Positions 9,978 to 19,610 of a stretch of 64,000 nt of DNA are shown here, one piece after another. The translations under genes were made by a program, and so were the position numbers. This DNA comes from Thermoproteota archaeon. Its GTDB lineage: Archaea; Korarchaeota; Korarchaeia; Korarchaeales; Korarchaeaceae. Position 1 is the first letter of the stretch. Each line of letters starts with the position of its first letter. The stretch lies in contig JAOZGP010000006.1 of assembly GCA_027491735.1 (NCBI GenBank), positions 1-64,000 of the forward strand, read 5' to 3'. The notes beneath the pieces are model-generated. The model saw nothing but the letters and a program-made list of their open reading frames with translations. It was not told the DNA's origin and did no database searches.

Positions 9978-10897
9978 AGGCCATGGAGGCAATCTCCGTA
10001 GAGGAGCTCACGAAGAAGTTCGGCAGAGTTTATGCCTTGAGAGGAGCCACCTTTCATGTGGAAAGAGGGTCTGTGACTGCTCTTCTGGGTCCCAACGGGG
10101 CTGGAAAGACTACAACGATAAAGGTGCTCCTGGGCCTCCTCAGACCCAATAGCGGAAGAGTTAGGGTACTGGGCATGGACCCCTGGAGGGAGGAAGTCGA
10201 GGTCAGGAGATCTATTGGAGTTCTGCACGAGAGGCCTGTGTATCCCGGGGGTTTCAGGGTCAGGGATCTGCTGGAGTACGTGGCCAGGATAAGGGGTCTC
10301 AACGCTGACTCCGTCGATAGAGCTCTTAGGCTCACAGGACTTGGAAATCACGGGGATGCGAGGGTTTCCTCTCTTTCCAGAGGATATCTCCAGAGGCTCG
10401 GGATCGCTGCAGCAATAGTAGGAGATCCGGAGGTTCTGCTCCTTGATGAACCGACAGCGAACCTGGATCCAGCTGCGAGGATGGAGATACTGGACCTGGT
10501 ATCTCTCCTCAGCAGGGAGCTCGATGTCACAGTCCTGGTCTCCTCCCACATAATACCCGAGCTGGAGAGGATATGTGATCACGCGATCCTGATAAGCGAG
10601 GGAAGGGTCGTGGAACAGGGCAACCTGCGCGAGCTAGCTGAGAGATACAGGAGTTCGGTGATCCTAGAGGTCAAGGTTGACGAGCCCAGAGGTCTTGCCT
10701 CCAGATTGATGTCCATGGATGGCGTTATAGGGGTGGAGATCCTGGAGGGGGGCCTCTTCTTGAAGGTGAAGTCCGACAGGATTAGGGAGGTGGAGGAGGA
10801 CCTGATGTCGAGTGGGTTGTCAGTTACGTTTAGAACAAGCAGCCTTCAGGACATCTACACCAATGTGGTGGCCCGCGATGCCAACATCAGCGGATAG
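9974..10897 (+). CDS. ABC transporter ATP-binding protein (ABC-2 exporter type)
   Basis: GPNGAGKTT, LSRGYLQR, LLLDEPT, SSH. Confidence 0.93.
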   Translation: MKAMEAISVEELTKKFGRVYALRGATFHVERGSVTALLGPNGAGKTTTIKVLLGLLRPNSGRVRVLGMDPWREEVEVRRSIGVLHERPVYPGGFRVRDLLEYVARIRGLNADSVDRALRLTGLGNHGDARVSSLSRGYLQRLGIAAAIVGDPEVLLLDEPTANLDPAARMEILDLVSLLSRELDVTVLVSSHIIPELERICDHAILISEGRVVEQGNLRELAERYRSSVILEVKVDEPRGLASRLMSMDGVIGVEILEGGLFLKVKSDRIREVEEDLMSSGLSVTFRTSSLQDIYTNVVARDANISG

Positions 10898-11645
10898 GAT
10901 AGTCCTTTACATCGGAAGAAGGCTTCGCTGGCTCACGTATTCCTACCTGATAGTGCTCTTCATAGCCTCCTTCACATCCCCTCACCTCCTGATGAGGGTC
11001 TTGGTGTCCTCAAACGTAAGGACGATCTCGCCTATCCTAGCCCCTCCTTCCAGCTACACGACAGCTCAGCATCTGCTGATGTTCGGCTTCATCTTTGCCC
11101 TGATGTCCGTGGTCTCTGCCATTTCGATGACGAACGATCTGAGATCCTCTGCTCTATTTCACCTCTCCCAACCAATGAGCCGCGTCGATATAGCCATCTC
11201 CTGGATGATCCTCATCTCCTGGGCTCCCTCGATTCTATGTGTTTTGTCCGTGGTGGTCCCCCTCATGTGCTACATGCCCCATCTCCCCGGGCCCTTCCTG
11301 AAGGATCTCCTTCTTCTGTTCTCGCAGATGTTGATCACCTCCTCGATAGTGCTCGTTATCTCAGCCACAAGAAGAACTTGGCTCGTGCTGGCCACCTCCC
11401 TTCTCCTGGTGTTCTTCCTTCCGTTTCTCCTGGAACTCCTGGCATCCTTTCCCTTCACATCGCTAGGATACCTTAGTGAACTCGCCTCGACAGCGCTCAC
11501 AGTCCTCTATCCGATGATCGCCTCCATGACTCCCTCCAACCTCCCTCTAAGCCTAGAAACGGGATCTCAGTCCGCTCTAGTTCTAGCAGCAGCGATCCAA
11601 GCCCTGTACCTCATCTACTTCAAACTGAGGTTCGAGGTGGGCTGA
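10878..11645 (+). CDS. ABC-2 type permease (probable)
   Basis: About six TM helices, LSQPMSR motif. Overlaps the ATPase stop. Confidence 0.7.
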   Translation: MPTSADRIVLYIGRRLRWLTYSYLIVLFIASFTSPHLLMRVLVSSNVRTISPILAPPSSYTTAQHLLMFGFIFALMSVVSAISMTNDLRSSALFHLSQPMSRVDIAISWMILISWAPSILCVLSVVVPLMCYMPHLPGPFLKDLLLLFSQMLITSSIVLVISATRRTWLVLATSLLLVFFLPFLLELLASFPFTSLGYLSELASTALTVLYPMIASMTPSNLPLSLETGSQSALVLAAAIQALYLIYFKLRFEVG

Positions 11646-11689
11646 CGAAGATGTTTCAAGTCTCGCCCTCTAGTGTGGAGCAATGTTTA

Positions 11690-11847
11690 AAGGTTGAACT
11701 CATGAAAGCGGATTCGGTTGGATCCGATGTCCCCCATAACAGTGAGTTCCCGCAAGAGGACAGCCGCAACGGGAATGAGACCGTCTCCTTAGGTCTACTC
11801 CCTGCTCTTGCAGGAACCCTCGCCTTTCGGGGTGGGGAGGGGGTCAG
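11690..11847 (+). mobile_element. IS200/IS605-family right-end remnant (no transposase)
   Basis: GGAACCCTCGCCTTTCGGGGTGGGGAGGGGGTCAG (11813-11847) is a subterminal hairpin followed by ..GTCAG, matching the right end of archaeal tnpB elements as I recall them. Left boundary uncertain. Confidence 0.6.
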
Positions 11848-12543
11848 ATGCTGAAGTACGTTGGGCTGATCCTTCTGATCGTGGGGCTGGCGTCCTTCGC
11901 TGGAATGTCCCTCATGGAGGGTTCGATCGTTTACAGATCGCAGCTTCTAGAACACTCTCCTCCCATCGTTTTTATCACCAAGAAAAACGGAACGATCAGC
12001 AGCTCCCTTCCCCCATGCAGGACTTTCTATGTGTCATCATGCTTCAAGGTGAGCAGGCTGGAGGGAGTGGAGTTCTACCTCGACCTCGGCGCGCACATAC
12101 CTCCACAACACCCTCCGGTTGGGGGGATATGGGGGTACGTCCTCGACTGCAGCTCGCCGATAGGAATCGCTCAGAACATGAGCCAGTTCCTGGATAGGTT
12201 TCACCTGATGAAGGTGAGGCTCCGTCCCACAAGCGCTGCCTTCACTAGAGGATATGGGGCTCGGATATCCTTGGAGAACTTAACAGAAAGAGAGATCTTT
12301 GTGGTGGTTTATGGGAGGCTGAAAGCCCAGCAAAATCAATCCTGTGTGTTCTCAGAACCTCCGGTAATCCTGGCAGTTGCCCATCCGAGTCGAGGACAGA
12401 AGGTCAGGGTCCTCTACCTGACGGCTGCTGGAGCGCTCCTCCTGGTTCTGCATCACGTGAGAAATCCTGACGAATTCAGGAGATCGGTTGACCGACTTAA
12501 GAAGATGATCCCCAGGTCTAGAAGAAGGTCTTCTCCTCCCTAA
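11848..12543 (+). CDS. hypothetical membrane/secreted protein
   Basis: N-terminal hydrophobic helix and C-terminal TM segment. Confidence 0.65.
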   Translation: MLKYVGLILLIVGLASFAGMSLMEGSIVYRSQLLEHSPPIVFITKKNGTISSSLPPCRTFYVSSCFKVSRLEGVEFYLDLGAHIPPQHPPVGGIWGYVLDCSSPIGIAQNMSQFLDRFHLMKVRLRPTSAAFTRGYGARISLENLTEREIFVVVYGRLKAQQNQSCVFSEPPVILAVAHPSRGQKVRVLYLTAAGALLLVLHHVRNPDEFRRSVDRLKKMIPRSRRRSSPP

Positions 12544-13474
12544 GGATCAAAGCCCACAGGACAAAACTGAACAGGAGGAGAGGTGGGATCAGGTAGTCTG
12601 ACAGGAAAACCTTCTCCTCCACGTACTGGTTGGCCCTGAAACTGACCTTCTGAGTTAGCATCTTGCCCAAACCCCTGGACAGATTCGTCAGCCTGGACAC
12701 CATGGCGCTCACGCTGTTGACCGTGTACTCCCTTCCACCGGTCCTGCTCGCCATGTACTTCGCTTCCTCCTCTCCCCTATCGCCTCCAGGACCTATATAC
12801 AAAACGTAGATAGGTATTTTGTCCTTGCTGAAGTCTTTCAAGAGGACTCTGTACCTCGGATCTGCCGGATAACCATCGGTCACAAATATGAGGGCGCAGG
12901 ACAGGTTGAGATATCTGTAGGGTCTGAGCCAAGAGAGAGCTGTCATCAGAGGATTGGTGTACATTGTTCCTCCGAGCGGTCTCATCTCATCGATGACCCT
13001 GAGGACTGCTTTTCTGTCGCTCGTTATCGGGACCTGATTCACAACGGATCCTGAGAAAGCGATCAGCCCCACATCCACGCTCTCGTTAAGCTCCCTCAGA
13101 AAGTTTCTTAGAGCCTTCTTAGCGGCTTCGATCTTCACTCCTCCAGGGATCCTTTCTCTCATGCTACCGGAGACGTCCACGGCCAGAACAACAGACGGTC
13201 TCCCCAACCTTATGTGAAAACGAAGCTCTTTTGTGGAGTTCAACGCGACCTTCCTCTTCACGTTGATTGTGGGCGAGAGGACCATGGCCACGAGAACCGC
13301 CAACACCACCACCTTGAGCAGGAGCCTTCTCCAATCCATCCTCCTCCTCTGAGGAGGGAGGAACGCCAGTGGATATTCAAACACAAGCGAGGTTCTCAGG
13401 AACTTCACGACCTTGAAGCTCATGACTATGCTCAGAACTCCAGCAGCTAGGACTGCGATCCAGGCGTAATCCAT
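12518..13474 (-). CDS. membrane-anchored VWA-domain protein (BatA-like)
   Basis: MIDAS DVSGSM, GGT, VTDG. Flanking TM helices. Confidence 0.88.
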   Translation of the reverse strand: MDYAWIAVLAAGVLSIVMSFKVVKFLRTSLVFEYPLAFLPPQRRRMDWRRLLLKVVVLAVLVAMVLSPTINVKRKVALNSTKELRFHIRLGRPSVVLAVDVSGSMRERIPGGVKIEAAKKALRNFLRELNESVDVGLIAFSGSVVNQVPITSDRKAVLRVIDEMRPLGGTMYTNPLMTALSWLRPYRYLNLSCALIFVTDGYPADPRYRVLLKDFSKDKIPIYVLYIGPGGDRGEEEAKYMASRTGGREYTVNSVSAMVSRLTNLSRGLGKMLTQKVSFRANQYVEEKVFLSDYLIPPLLLFSFVLWALILREEKTFF

Positions 13475-14362
13475 CTAACCACCTGCCAACTCGAGCAGGA
13501 CGAGCGCCACCAACAAGGCCATGAGCAGAGCCCTTGGGGTTTCATAATCCCTCTCCAGAGCCTTGATCGTGGTCTCACCGCCGGCCTTGAGTGCAGCGTA
13601 CTTGCCCGAGCTGACTATGACCTCACCCAGCGACCCGACGTCCGGAGCCCCGAGGAGGAACCTCCCTCCCGTGATCTCAGCTATCCTTCTCATTAAGGAT
13701 TCGTTGGTGCTGGCGCCTTTTCCTATCTGCACGGCTATTACAGGAATTTTTGACTTCTTGAGAGCTTCAGCTGCTTTTATAGGATCAGATCCACCGTTGT
13801 TCCCTCCATCGGATAGGAGAACTACGATCGAAGGTCCATGAGCCAGACCTCTGGCGAAGGTGAGGGCGTCTCCGATTGAGGTGTACGTCTCGTTTGGACT
13901 CAGCTCAAGCACGAGGTTCCCTCCTTCCCCTGAGTAGACGATCTCGCTCGTCCCAGCGAACTTGACGATCTTGAGGCTGGAGTTCCTGAGGTGTCCGGCG
14001 ATCCCCCCGAGAATGCTCATCTCGGTGTTGAATCGATCGTCATAGCTCATGCTCCTGGAGACGTCCAGGAGAACTATCACATTACATCTCCTGTTGATTG
14101 CCTCTTCGATGGTCAAATTTCTTGTTTCAACAGTTAAAATGTAGGGAGAGGCCAGCAGCATAACGGCCACAGCCACAAGCAGTAGCTTTCCTGCTAGGGT
14201 CACCCAGAAGAGGATCCTCCATCTTCTGACCCCTAAAAACTCCAGTTCCTTCCTCAGCACGCTCACGTTCCTCCTGAGTTTGAGGATTAGGATCAGGATC
14301 ACAACCTCGAGTACGGGGATCAACAACAGGAGCTGTGGACGATCGAACAGGAGCTCAGTCAT
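13475..14362 (-). CDS. membrane-anchored VWA-domain protein
   Basis: DVSRSM, TSIGDAL, LLSDG, IAEITGGRF. Confidence 0.88.
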   Translation of the reverse strand: MTELLFDRPQLLLLIPVLEVVILILILKLRRNVSVLRKELEFLGVRRWRILFWVTLAGKLLLVAVAVMLLASPYILTVETRNLTIEEAINRRCNVIVLLDVSRSMSYDDRFNTEMSILGGIAGHLRNSSLKIVKFAGTSEIVYSGEGGNLVLELSPNETYTSIGDALTFARGLAHGPSIVVLLSDGGNNGGSDPIKAAEALKKSKIPVIAVQIGKGASTNESLMRRIAEITGGRFLLGAPDVGSLGEVIVSSGKYAALKAGGETTIKALERDYETPRALLMALLVALVLLELAGG

Positions 14363-15233
14363 CCGGCCTACCCTTCCACCCAGCGCCGGTGCCTTTCTGG
14401 AAGTACACGATCATGTCCTTGAAGAGCCCGATCTGGTATGAGAACCTCCCCCCCTTAGAGGGATCGAGTTCGTTCGCAGCTTCCACGAGATCTTTGCCCG
14501 GAGCTACACAAGTTTTCTTTCCATTTCTGGCGTTTAGGTATGCCTTCATTACCTGCTGGACGTCTTCTGGGTTCTTCCTCACGGCCTCAAGAAGAAGGAT
14601 CACCTGCGTGAGCTCGTTCATCAGGTCTGATGTCCTGTTCTCGGCGAGTTCCAACAGAGCCCTGTGCTCATCCGATATGAGATCGCTCCTGTTCACTCCT
14701 CTCATCTCCGAGAGAGAGTTCGATACAAGCTCATAGGCCTTGATGACGTTTTTTCTGATCATCATCCAGTGGGAGAGGGCCTCACTTACGTTGCCGGCGA
14801 TCAGAAGGTTCAGAGCATCCTCCAGATCCTCTCGAGATGAATCCAGAAGCAGGGCCGACGAGCTCAGATTTACAGAGGACTTATCAAGCATCAGATAAGC
14901 CCTTGAGCTTCTAGCTATCCTCGAGCCCAGCTCACCCTTTATCAGGGAGCTCGCCTTCAAGGACCTCCTCAACAGATCCTCTGACTCATCCCTCATCGAG
15001 AGGGCATGGTCGAGAGCTGCTCTGTTGATTGGTGAGGAAAGAGATCTCCAAGCCTGATACGAGGAGGTGTTGAGGGCCGTCATCGAGAGTTGCGATCCCG
15101 GGAGGATGAGCTTGAGGTGCTCAAGACTTATACTCGAGGTTGGGGCCATGAGGGATGGATATATGAACAGGAGGAGCAGGAACGCCACAACCGCCCCGAT
15201 GACGAGGGTGACGACCCTACTGCGGGAGAGCAT
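14355..15233 (-). CDS. membrane-anchored helical hypothetical protein
   Basis: N-terminal TM helix. Overlaps both neighbours in the DUF58/VWA operon. Confidence 0.65.
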   Translation of the reverse strand: MLSRSRVVTLVIGAVVAFLLLLFIYPSLMAPTSSISLEHLKLILPGSQLSMTALNTSSYQAWRSLSSPINRAALDHALSMRDESEDLLRRSLKASSLIKGELGSRIARSSRAYLMLDKSSVNLSSSALLLDSSREDLEDALNLLIAGNVSEALSHWMMIRKNVIKAYELVSNSLSEMRGVNRSDLISDEHRALLELAENRTSDLMNELTQVILLLEAVRKNPEDVQQVMKAYLNARNGKKTCVAPGKDLVEAANELDPSKGGRFSYQIGLFKDMIVYFQKGTGAGWKGRPDD

Positions 15234-16071
15234 TTCTGACCACCAGGTAGAGCATCATCAACCTGTGGCAGATCCTCTTGGCCTGCCCGGGATGAACGAT
15301 TTCCACATAAGGGATAAGGGATGTCTTCATCAGGGCGAACAGCTTCGATCGATGCCTCCTCACAGCCTCTTCGATCCCCCACAGATGGGAGGTTCCTTCC
15401 TCAGATCCGATGAGGAGAGCGGATCCCTTCGGAGGTCTGATCTCGCTGGAATCTGAGCAGAAAACAAAGCCTATTTCCCTCTCGGAGGATCTAACAATCT
15501 TCGTGAACCATTCAAGCTCATCCACTGGATGTGCTGTGTCCGTCAGGAGGAGGACGGGGATTCTGCCCAACCTCACCAGAAGTCTTGCCAGAAGCTTCAG
15601 ATCCAGTTTTTCTCCCCAGTTCTCCAATCTACACACGCTGTTCACCAGGATGTATGGAGCCATCTTCGGAGACACGTGTATGTGCCTGATCCTCCTCCCG
15701 GCCAGGATCAGGAGAAGCCTGTCCTTAAATCCCAGAGCCATTGATGAGATGAAGGAGAGAGCATAGAGAGCTGCAATCATCTTGTTCCTGTACATCATGG
15801 AGGAGGACAGATCCACAACTACAGCTGTTTCCATCGATCTCTCCGATCTTCTCTCCCTTAAAAGAATCCTGTTATTTCCGTCTGTTCCTACAGCCCGGCT
15901 CGAGATCCTCCAATCGATGAACCTCATGTCGTCTCCCTCGGTGTAGTCCCTGTAGTCCTCGGGCTCCACGCCAATACCTTTGGCCCTTATCGAGGTCTCC
16001 CCGACCACATAGGGGTTTGCCATCCTCCTAGCCATCTCTATGACCAGAGGAGCGACCCTGCAGATCTCCAC
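15217..16071 (-). CDS. DUF58-family protein (MoxR partner)
   Basis: GVEPEDYRDYTEGDDMRFIDWRISSR and VVDLSSSM. Start shortened to GTG 16071 (ATG 16035 possible) to avoid the divergent gene. Confidence 0.85.
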   Translation of the reverse strand: MEICRVAPLVIEMARRMANPYVVGETSIRAKGIGVEPEDYRDYTEGDDMRFIDWRISSRAVGTDGNNRILLRERRSERSMETAVVVDLSSSMMYRNKMIAALYALSFISSMALGFKDRLLLILAGRRIRHIHVSPKMAPYILVNSVCRLENWGEKLDLKLLARLLVRLGRIPVLLLTDTAHPVDELEWFTKIVRSSEREIGFVFCSDSSEIRPPKGSALLIGSEEGTSHLWGIEEAVRRHRSKLFALMKTSLIPYVEIVHPGQAKRICHRLMMLYLVVRNALPQ

Positions 16072-16108
16072 GGGTAAATTTTTAACTCCCAAAGTATTAA
16101 GTCTATCG

Positions 16109-16729
16109 ATGACGAGGTTCTGCGACGAGGAGGAGCTCAAGGGGGCTCTCGTGGTGGACAGCGAGGGATTGATATACGGAAGAGCCAGCTCGATAGTTGT
16201 GGAGGACGACGGGGTCAAGCTGGAGGTTCGTTCAGAGAACGCCAGGGACAGGAAGGGAGTCATTCCAACGGACGAGATAGAGTGCATTGCTGGTGGATCT
16301 GAGATTGTGCTTGTGCTCAACACAAGGAGGGAGGCCTCCTACAGGGGACTTCCTTCGAAGGAGCCAATGTACCAGGATCTCAGGGATGTGAAGGGAAAGT
16401 TGGTGGTGTCGCTCTCCGGGTCAGTTCTCGGCAGGGTGCTCGGCGTCGTTGTGGGACCTGGGGAGCCGGGGATAAGGGTGGGGGAGAGCGTGGTCAACTG
16501 GATAAGGCTCGTGAGGGGCGTCAAGAGGAGGGACGTCAAGCTAGGATCTAGGTTGGAGAACGCTCTTGATCCGCTCAAGAGCCCCAAGATCTCAAGAGAG
16601 GATGCTGAGGCTGTGCTGGGAGAACTTGGTGTTGAGGAGGATATCTCCAGCTATGTGGAGAAGGGAACCACTCGAGACATCCCCTGGAGTCGGATCCTTA
16701 AGATAGGCGACGTCGTACTGGTGAGGTAG
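16109..16729 (+). CDS. PRC-barrel domain protein
   Basis: LKGALVVDSEGLIYG, VKGKLVVSLSGSVLG, and IPWSRILKIGDVVLV PRC-like repeats. Confidence 0.7.
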   Translation: MTRFCDEEELKGALVVDSEGLIYGRASSIVVEDDGVKLEVRSENARDRKGVIPTDEIECIAGGSEIVLVLNTRREASYRGLPSKEPMYQDLRDVKGKLVVSLSGSVLGRVLGVVVGPGEPGIRVGESVVNWIRLVRGVKRRDVKLGSRLENALDPLKSPKISREDAEAVLGELGVEEDISSYVEKGTTRDIPWSRILKIGDVVLVR

Positions 16730-17782
16730 ATGGAGATAGATGACGTGAAGCGCTTATCCTCGGAGATAATCTCAGCGATGAGGAAAGCCATTGTCGGCTA
16801 TGAGAGAGAGATCAAACACATACTCATAGCTCTTCTGGCCGACGGACACGTTCTGCTGGAGGGCGTGCCTGGAGTCGCCAAGACCACGATGGCCAAGGGG
16901 TTAGCGCAGCTTCTGGGGGTTCAGAAGATCTCATCTAAGGTCTTCAGAGGCTTCAGCAGGATACAGTGCACGCCAGACCTCATGCCCTCCGACGTCACCG
17001 GATGCATGATCTACAATCAGAGGGAGATGAGGTTCGAGCCCAGGTTGGGGCCGATATTCTGTTATCTCCTTCTGGTGGATGAAATAAACAGGGCCATTCC
17101 CAGGACACAATCAGCCCTTCTCCAAGCCATGCAGGAAAAGGAGGTCACCATAGGGGACAGGGTCTACAAGCTGGAGGACAGGAGCAGGGGAAAGTTCTTC
17201 TTCGTGATGGCGACTCAGAATCCAGTTGAGCAGGAGGGCACCTATCCCCTGCCTGAGGCCCAGCTTGATAGGTTCCTGATGAGGATAGTAGTTGGTTACC
17301 CTGAGGACTTGGAGAGCGAGAAGCTCATACTGAGGCTTCATTCCAACAGAATCGCCGAACCCATCGACGATCTGAGCGAAGTGGTCCAACCTCTTTGGGT
17401 GACGGAGGCTCAGGAGGTTATAGCGAGGGAAATCTCTGTGTCTGAGGGAGCTTTGGAGTACATAACGAGGGGCATAAGGTACACCAGGCCGGAGGTATTT
17501 GAGCCCATTGGAGAGCTCCTCATTCTAGGAGCAAGCCCGAGAGCGGGCATAGCTCTTCTCAGGGCCGCCAAGGTGAGTGCAGCCATTAGGGGGGATGATG
17601 AGGTTCTGCCTGAGGACGTTGATTCAGTCCTCTACCCTGTACTGAACCACAGACTCCTTCCCAATCCAGAGAAGCTTGCTGAGCTGAGGATGGAAGGAGA
17701 GATCTTCGGCTCCCAGTACTCAGTAGCTGAGAGGGCTATGAAGCTGGCCTTCGACTCCGCTAAGAGGGAGATAGGGCTTTGA
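16730..17782 (+). CDS. MoxR-family AAA+ ATPase
   Basis: LEGVPGVAKT, RIQCTPDLMPSD, DEINRA, ATQNPVEQEGTYPLPEAQLDRF, GASPRA. Confidence 0.95.
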   Translation: MEIDDVKRLSSEIISAMRKAIVGYEREIKHILIALLADGHVLLEGVPGVAKTTMAKGLAQLLGVQKISSKVFRGFSRIQCTPDLMPSDVTGCMIYNQREMRFEPRLGPIFCYLLLVDEINRAIPRTQSALLQAMQEKEVTIGDRVYKLEDRSRGKFFFVMATQNPVEQEGTYPLPEAQLDRFLMRIVVGYPEDLESEKLILRLHSNRIAEPIDDLSEVVQPLWVTEAQEVIAREISVSEGALEYITRGIRYTRPEVFEPIGELLILGASPRAGIALLRAAKVSAAIRGDDEVLPEDVDSVLYPVLNHRLLPNPEKLAELRMEGEIFGSQYSVAERAMKLAFDSAKREIGL

Positions 17783-17828
17783 TCCCACCTCCCTCTTGAA
17801 TGTCCGGGGGAGGAGCTCTGTTCCTCTC

Positions 17829-18110
17829 CTAACCGCTCTGAGTATGACTTTCAGGCGACAACACCCCTGATAACGACTCCTTCAAGCTACCTAATCTTCC
17901 TTTCTCAAGAGCGCAGTCTCCGTCAGCCTCCTGTTGAGAGCACGGTGATCTGTTCTGGTTCCCCACCACCCTTATGACTTTCGATGCATTCGTAGCGGAT
18001 AGGGCCCTCCCGTCTCCACTCATCGACGGCTTTCAGGGGGAACAGATCCCTCCACATCCATCTTGTCGAAGCTCCGCCATCTCGGGCTTATCCCTTCTCC
18101 CTCACACTCA
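17829..18110 (-). mobile_element. degenerate IS200/IS605 (tnpB 3'-end-like) remnant
   Basis: Minus strand GATGTGGAGGGATCTGTTCCCCCTGAAAGCCGTCGATGAGTGGAG (18014-18058) resembles archaeal tnpB 3' ends and a copy at 29838-29876. Boundaries uncertain. Confidence 0.35.
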
Positions 18111-18168
18111 TCCGAGCGGAGCAGTTCACAGCCGCCACCTCACAGAGACCCCGACGTCATGAAGGCTG

Positions 18169-18486
18169 TCACGCTACAGATGTTATACGTCCCTGCCCTG
18201 AAGACTCATGGCATCCGAACCCGAGATCGTTGAGTCTCGAGAGATCGTACAACTTATCCTCCAGCGCCCTCAGCGCCTCCTTCTCGTCTTCGAACACACC
18301 AGTCCAAACACTTGTTGGAGTATGGATTCTCCTCCTGTCCTTAGCTCTCACTGTTATCAAGACTTCATACACAATGTTCTTCTCCTTCCGCTCGATGAGA
18401 AGGGCTTCTATCATTACCTCGTCTATGTGAGATGGTCCTGGGCAGATAACTTCCCTCGCCGCTAGGATCCTCGCCTTTACCAGCAA
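18169..18486 (-). CDS. hypothetical protein
   Basis: 105-aa ORF with typical codon usage and an SD-like GAGGGTG upstream. Confidence 0.55.
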   Translation of the reverse strand: MLVKARILAAREVICPGPSHIDEVMIEALLIERKEKNIVYEVLITVRAKDRRRIHTPTSVWTGVFEDEKEALRALEDKLYDLSRLNDLGFGCHESSGQGRITSVA

Positions 18487-18645
18487 GACCGTAACACCCT
18501 CGAAGAGGTTGGGGAGGGCATCATAAAGGTCTCACGATCCGGCGGGCTTGAGCGGGACCGTTAACGTGAGGGCTCGAGAGTGATACCTGATCCGTTGGAC
18601 AGAAACATTTTAAAGCTCCGTGATGGGACCCTCACCGGTGATGCC

Positions 18646-18861
18646 ATGGGGGAGAAGGTGCCTATAGAGATATCCAAGGACCTCTACGAGAGGCTGAAGA
18701 AGGCCTTGAGCAACTACGAGGGATTTAACAGTGTGGAAGAGCTTGTCGAGTTTGTATTGAATGAGTTCGTCTCTGAGGTCTCCGAGGAAGGACAGGAGAT
18801 CTACTCTCCTGAGGAGGAGGAAGAGATTAAGAAGAGGCTCAGAAGCTTGGGCTATCTCTGA
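18646..18861 (+). CDS. ribbon-helix-helix (CopG-like) regulator
   Basis: VPIEISKDLYERLKK..GFNSVEELVEFVL, C-terminal EEEEIKKRLRSLGYL. GGTGA SD before ATG 18646. Confidence 0.8.
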   Translation: MGEKVPIEISKDLYERLKKALSNYEGFNSVEELVEFVLNEFVSEVSEEGQEIYSPEEEEEIKKRLRSLGYL

Positions 18862-19139
18862 TCGTGCTCTGTTGGAGATTGACCTCACGACCTGATCCCT
18901 GAACTTGAGGTCCTGAACTGCCACAGCCCCCAAATCCCTAAAGGGCTTTCAAGTTTGTTCTTCAAAGTTTGAGTTTATGCCCTTCAGCGTTGCTCGAACG
19001 GAGGACTGTGTCGAGCTCATATAATCAGAGGTTCAGCGGACATATCCTTAGGGACGGGACTTGAAAAGTTCTTTGTCGGATCGAGGATGCTCAAGAGGAA
19101 GTCTTTAATATCTCCTGCAGGATCAGTTCTGGATAGAAG

Positions 19140-19610
19140 ATGAGCTTAGATCTTCCTGAGGACTCACCTGAGGAGTGGGCCAGAGCCGTCAAGTTGTTCT
19201 ATGATCGCGTAAGGGAGAGGCTGAGCAACAACTTCGTGGAGATGATAGCCTTATCAACGCCCGAGCCTGAGGTCTACTCGAGCAACGTGCTCGTTGTGGT
19301 CAGAAGGGTCACTCCCTCCCTGGCCGAGACGGTAACTGAGATCCTTGGGGAGGTCCACGAGGAACTGGGGCAGGACTACCTCATAATGCCCACAATGGCT
19401 CCCGACTTTGCTACTGAGGTGATAAATCAGTTCAGGGTTCACGTAAGGGGCGAAAAAGTGATTCCTGTGACCGTGGAGGATGAAGAGGAGAAGAGGGACG
19501 AGGGAGACTTGTCGGACTTCATGAAGGTCAGGAGGACAACAAAGGAGGAAAAGAAAGCTGAAGAGGAGAAAAGTTCGCAGAAACGAGATCCCTCTACTGT
19601 TGGCTCCTGA
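19140..19610 (+). CDS. hypothetical protein, possibly degenerate minimal-nucleotidyltransferase fold, with charged tail
   Basis: [10 protein letters not shown] segment, K/E-rich C-terminus, TTTAATA box upstream. Confidence 0.55.
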   Translation: MSLDLPEDSPEEWARAVKLFYDRVRERLSNNFVEMIALSTPEPEVYSSNVLVVVRRVTPSLAETVTEILGEVHEELGQDYLIMPTMAPDFATEVINQFRVHVRGEKVIPVTVEDEEEKRDEGDLSDFMKVRRTTKEEKKAEEEKSSQKRDPSTVGS

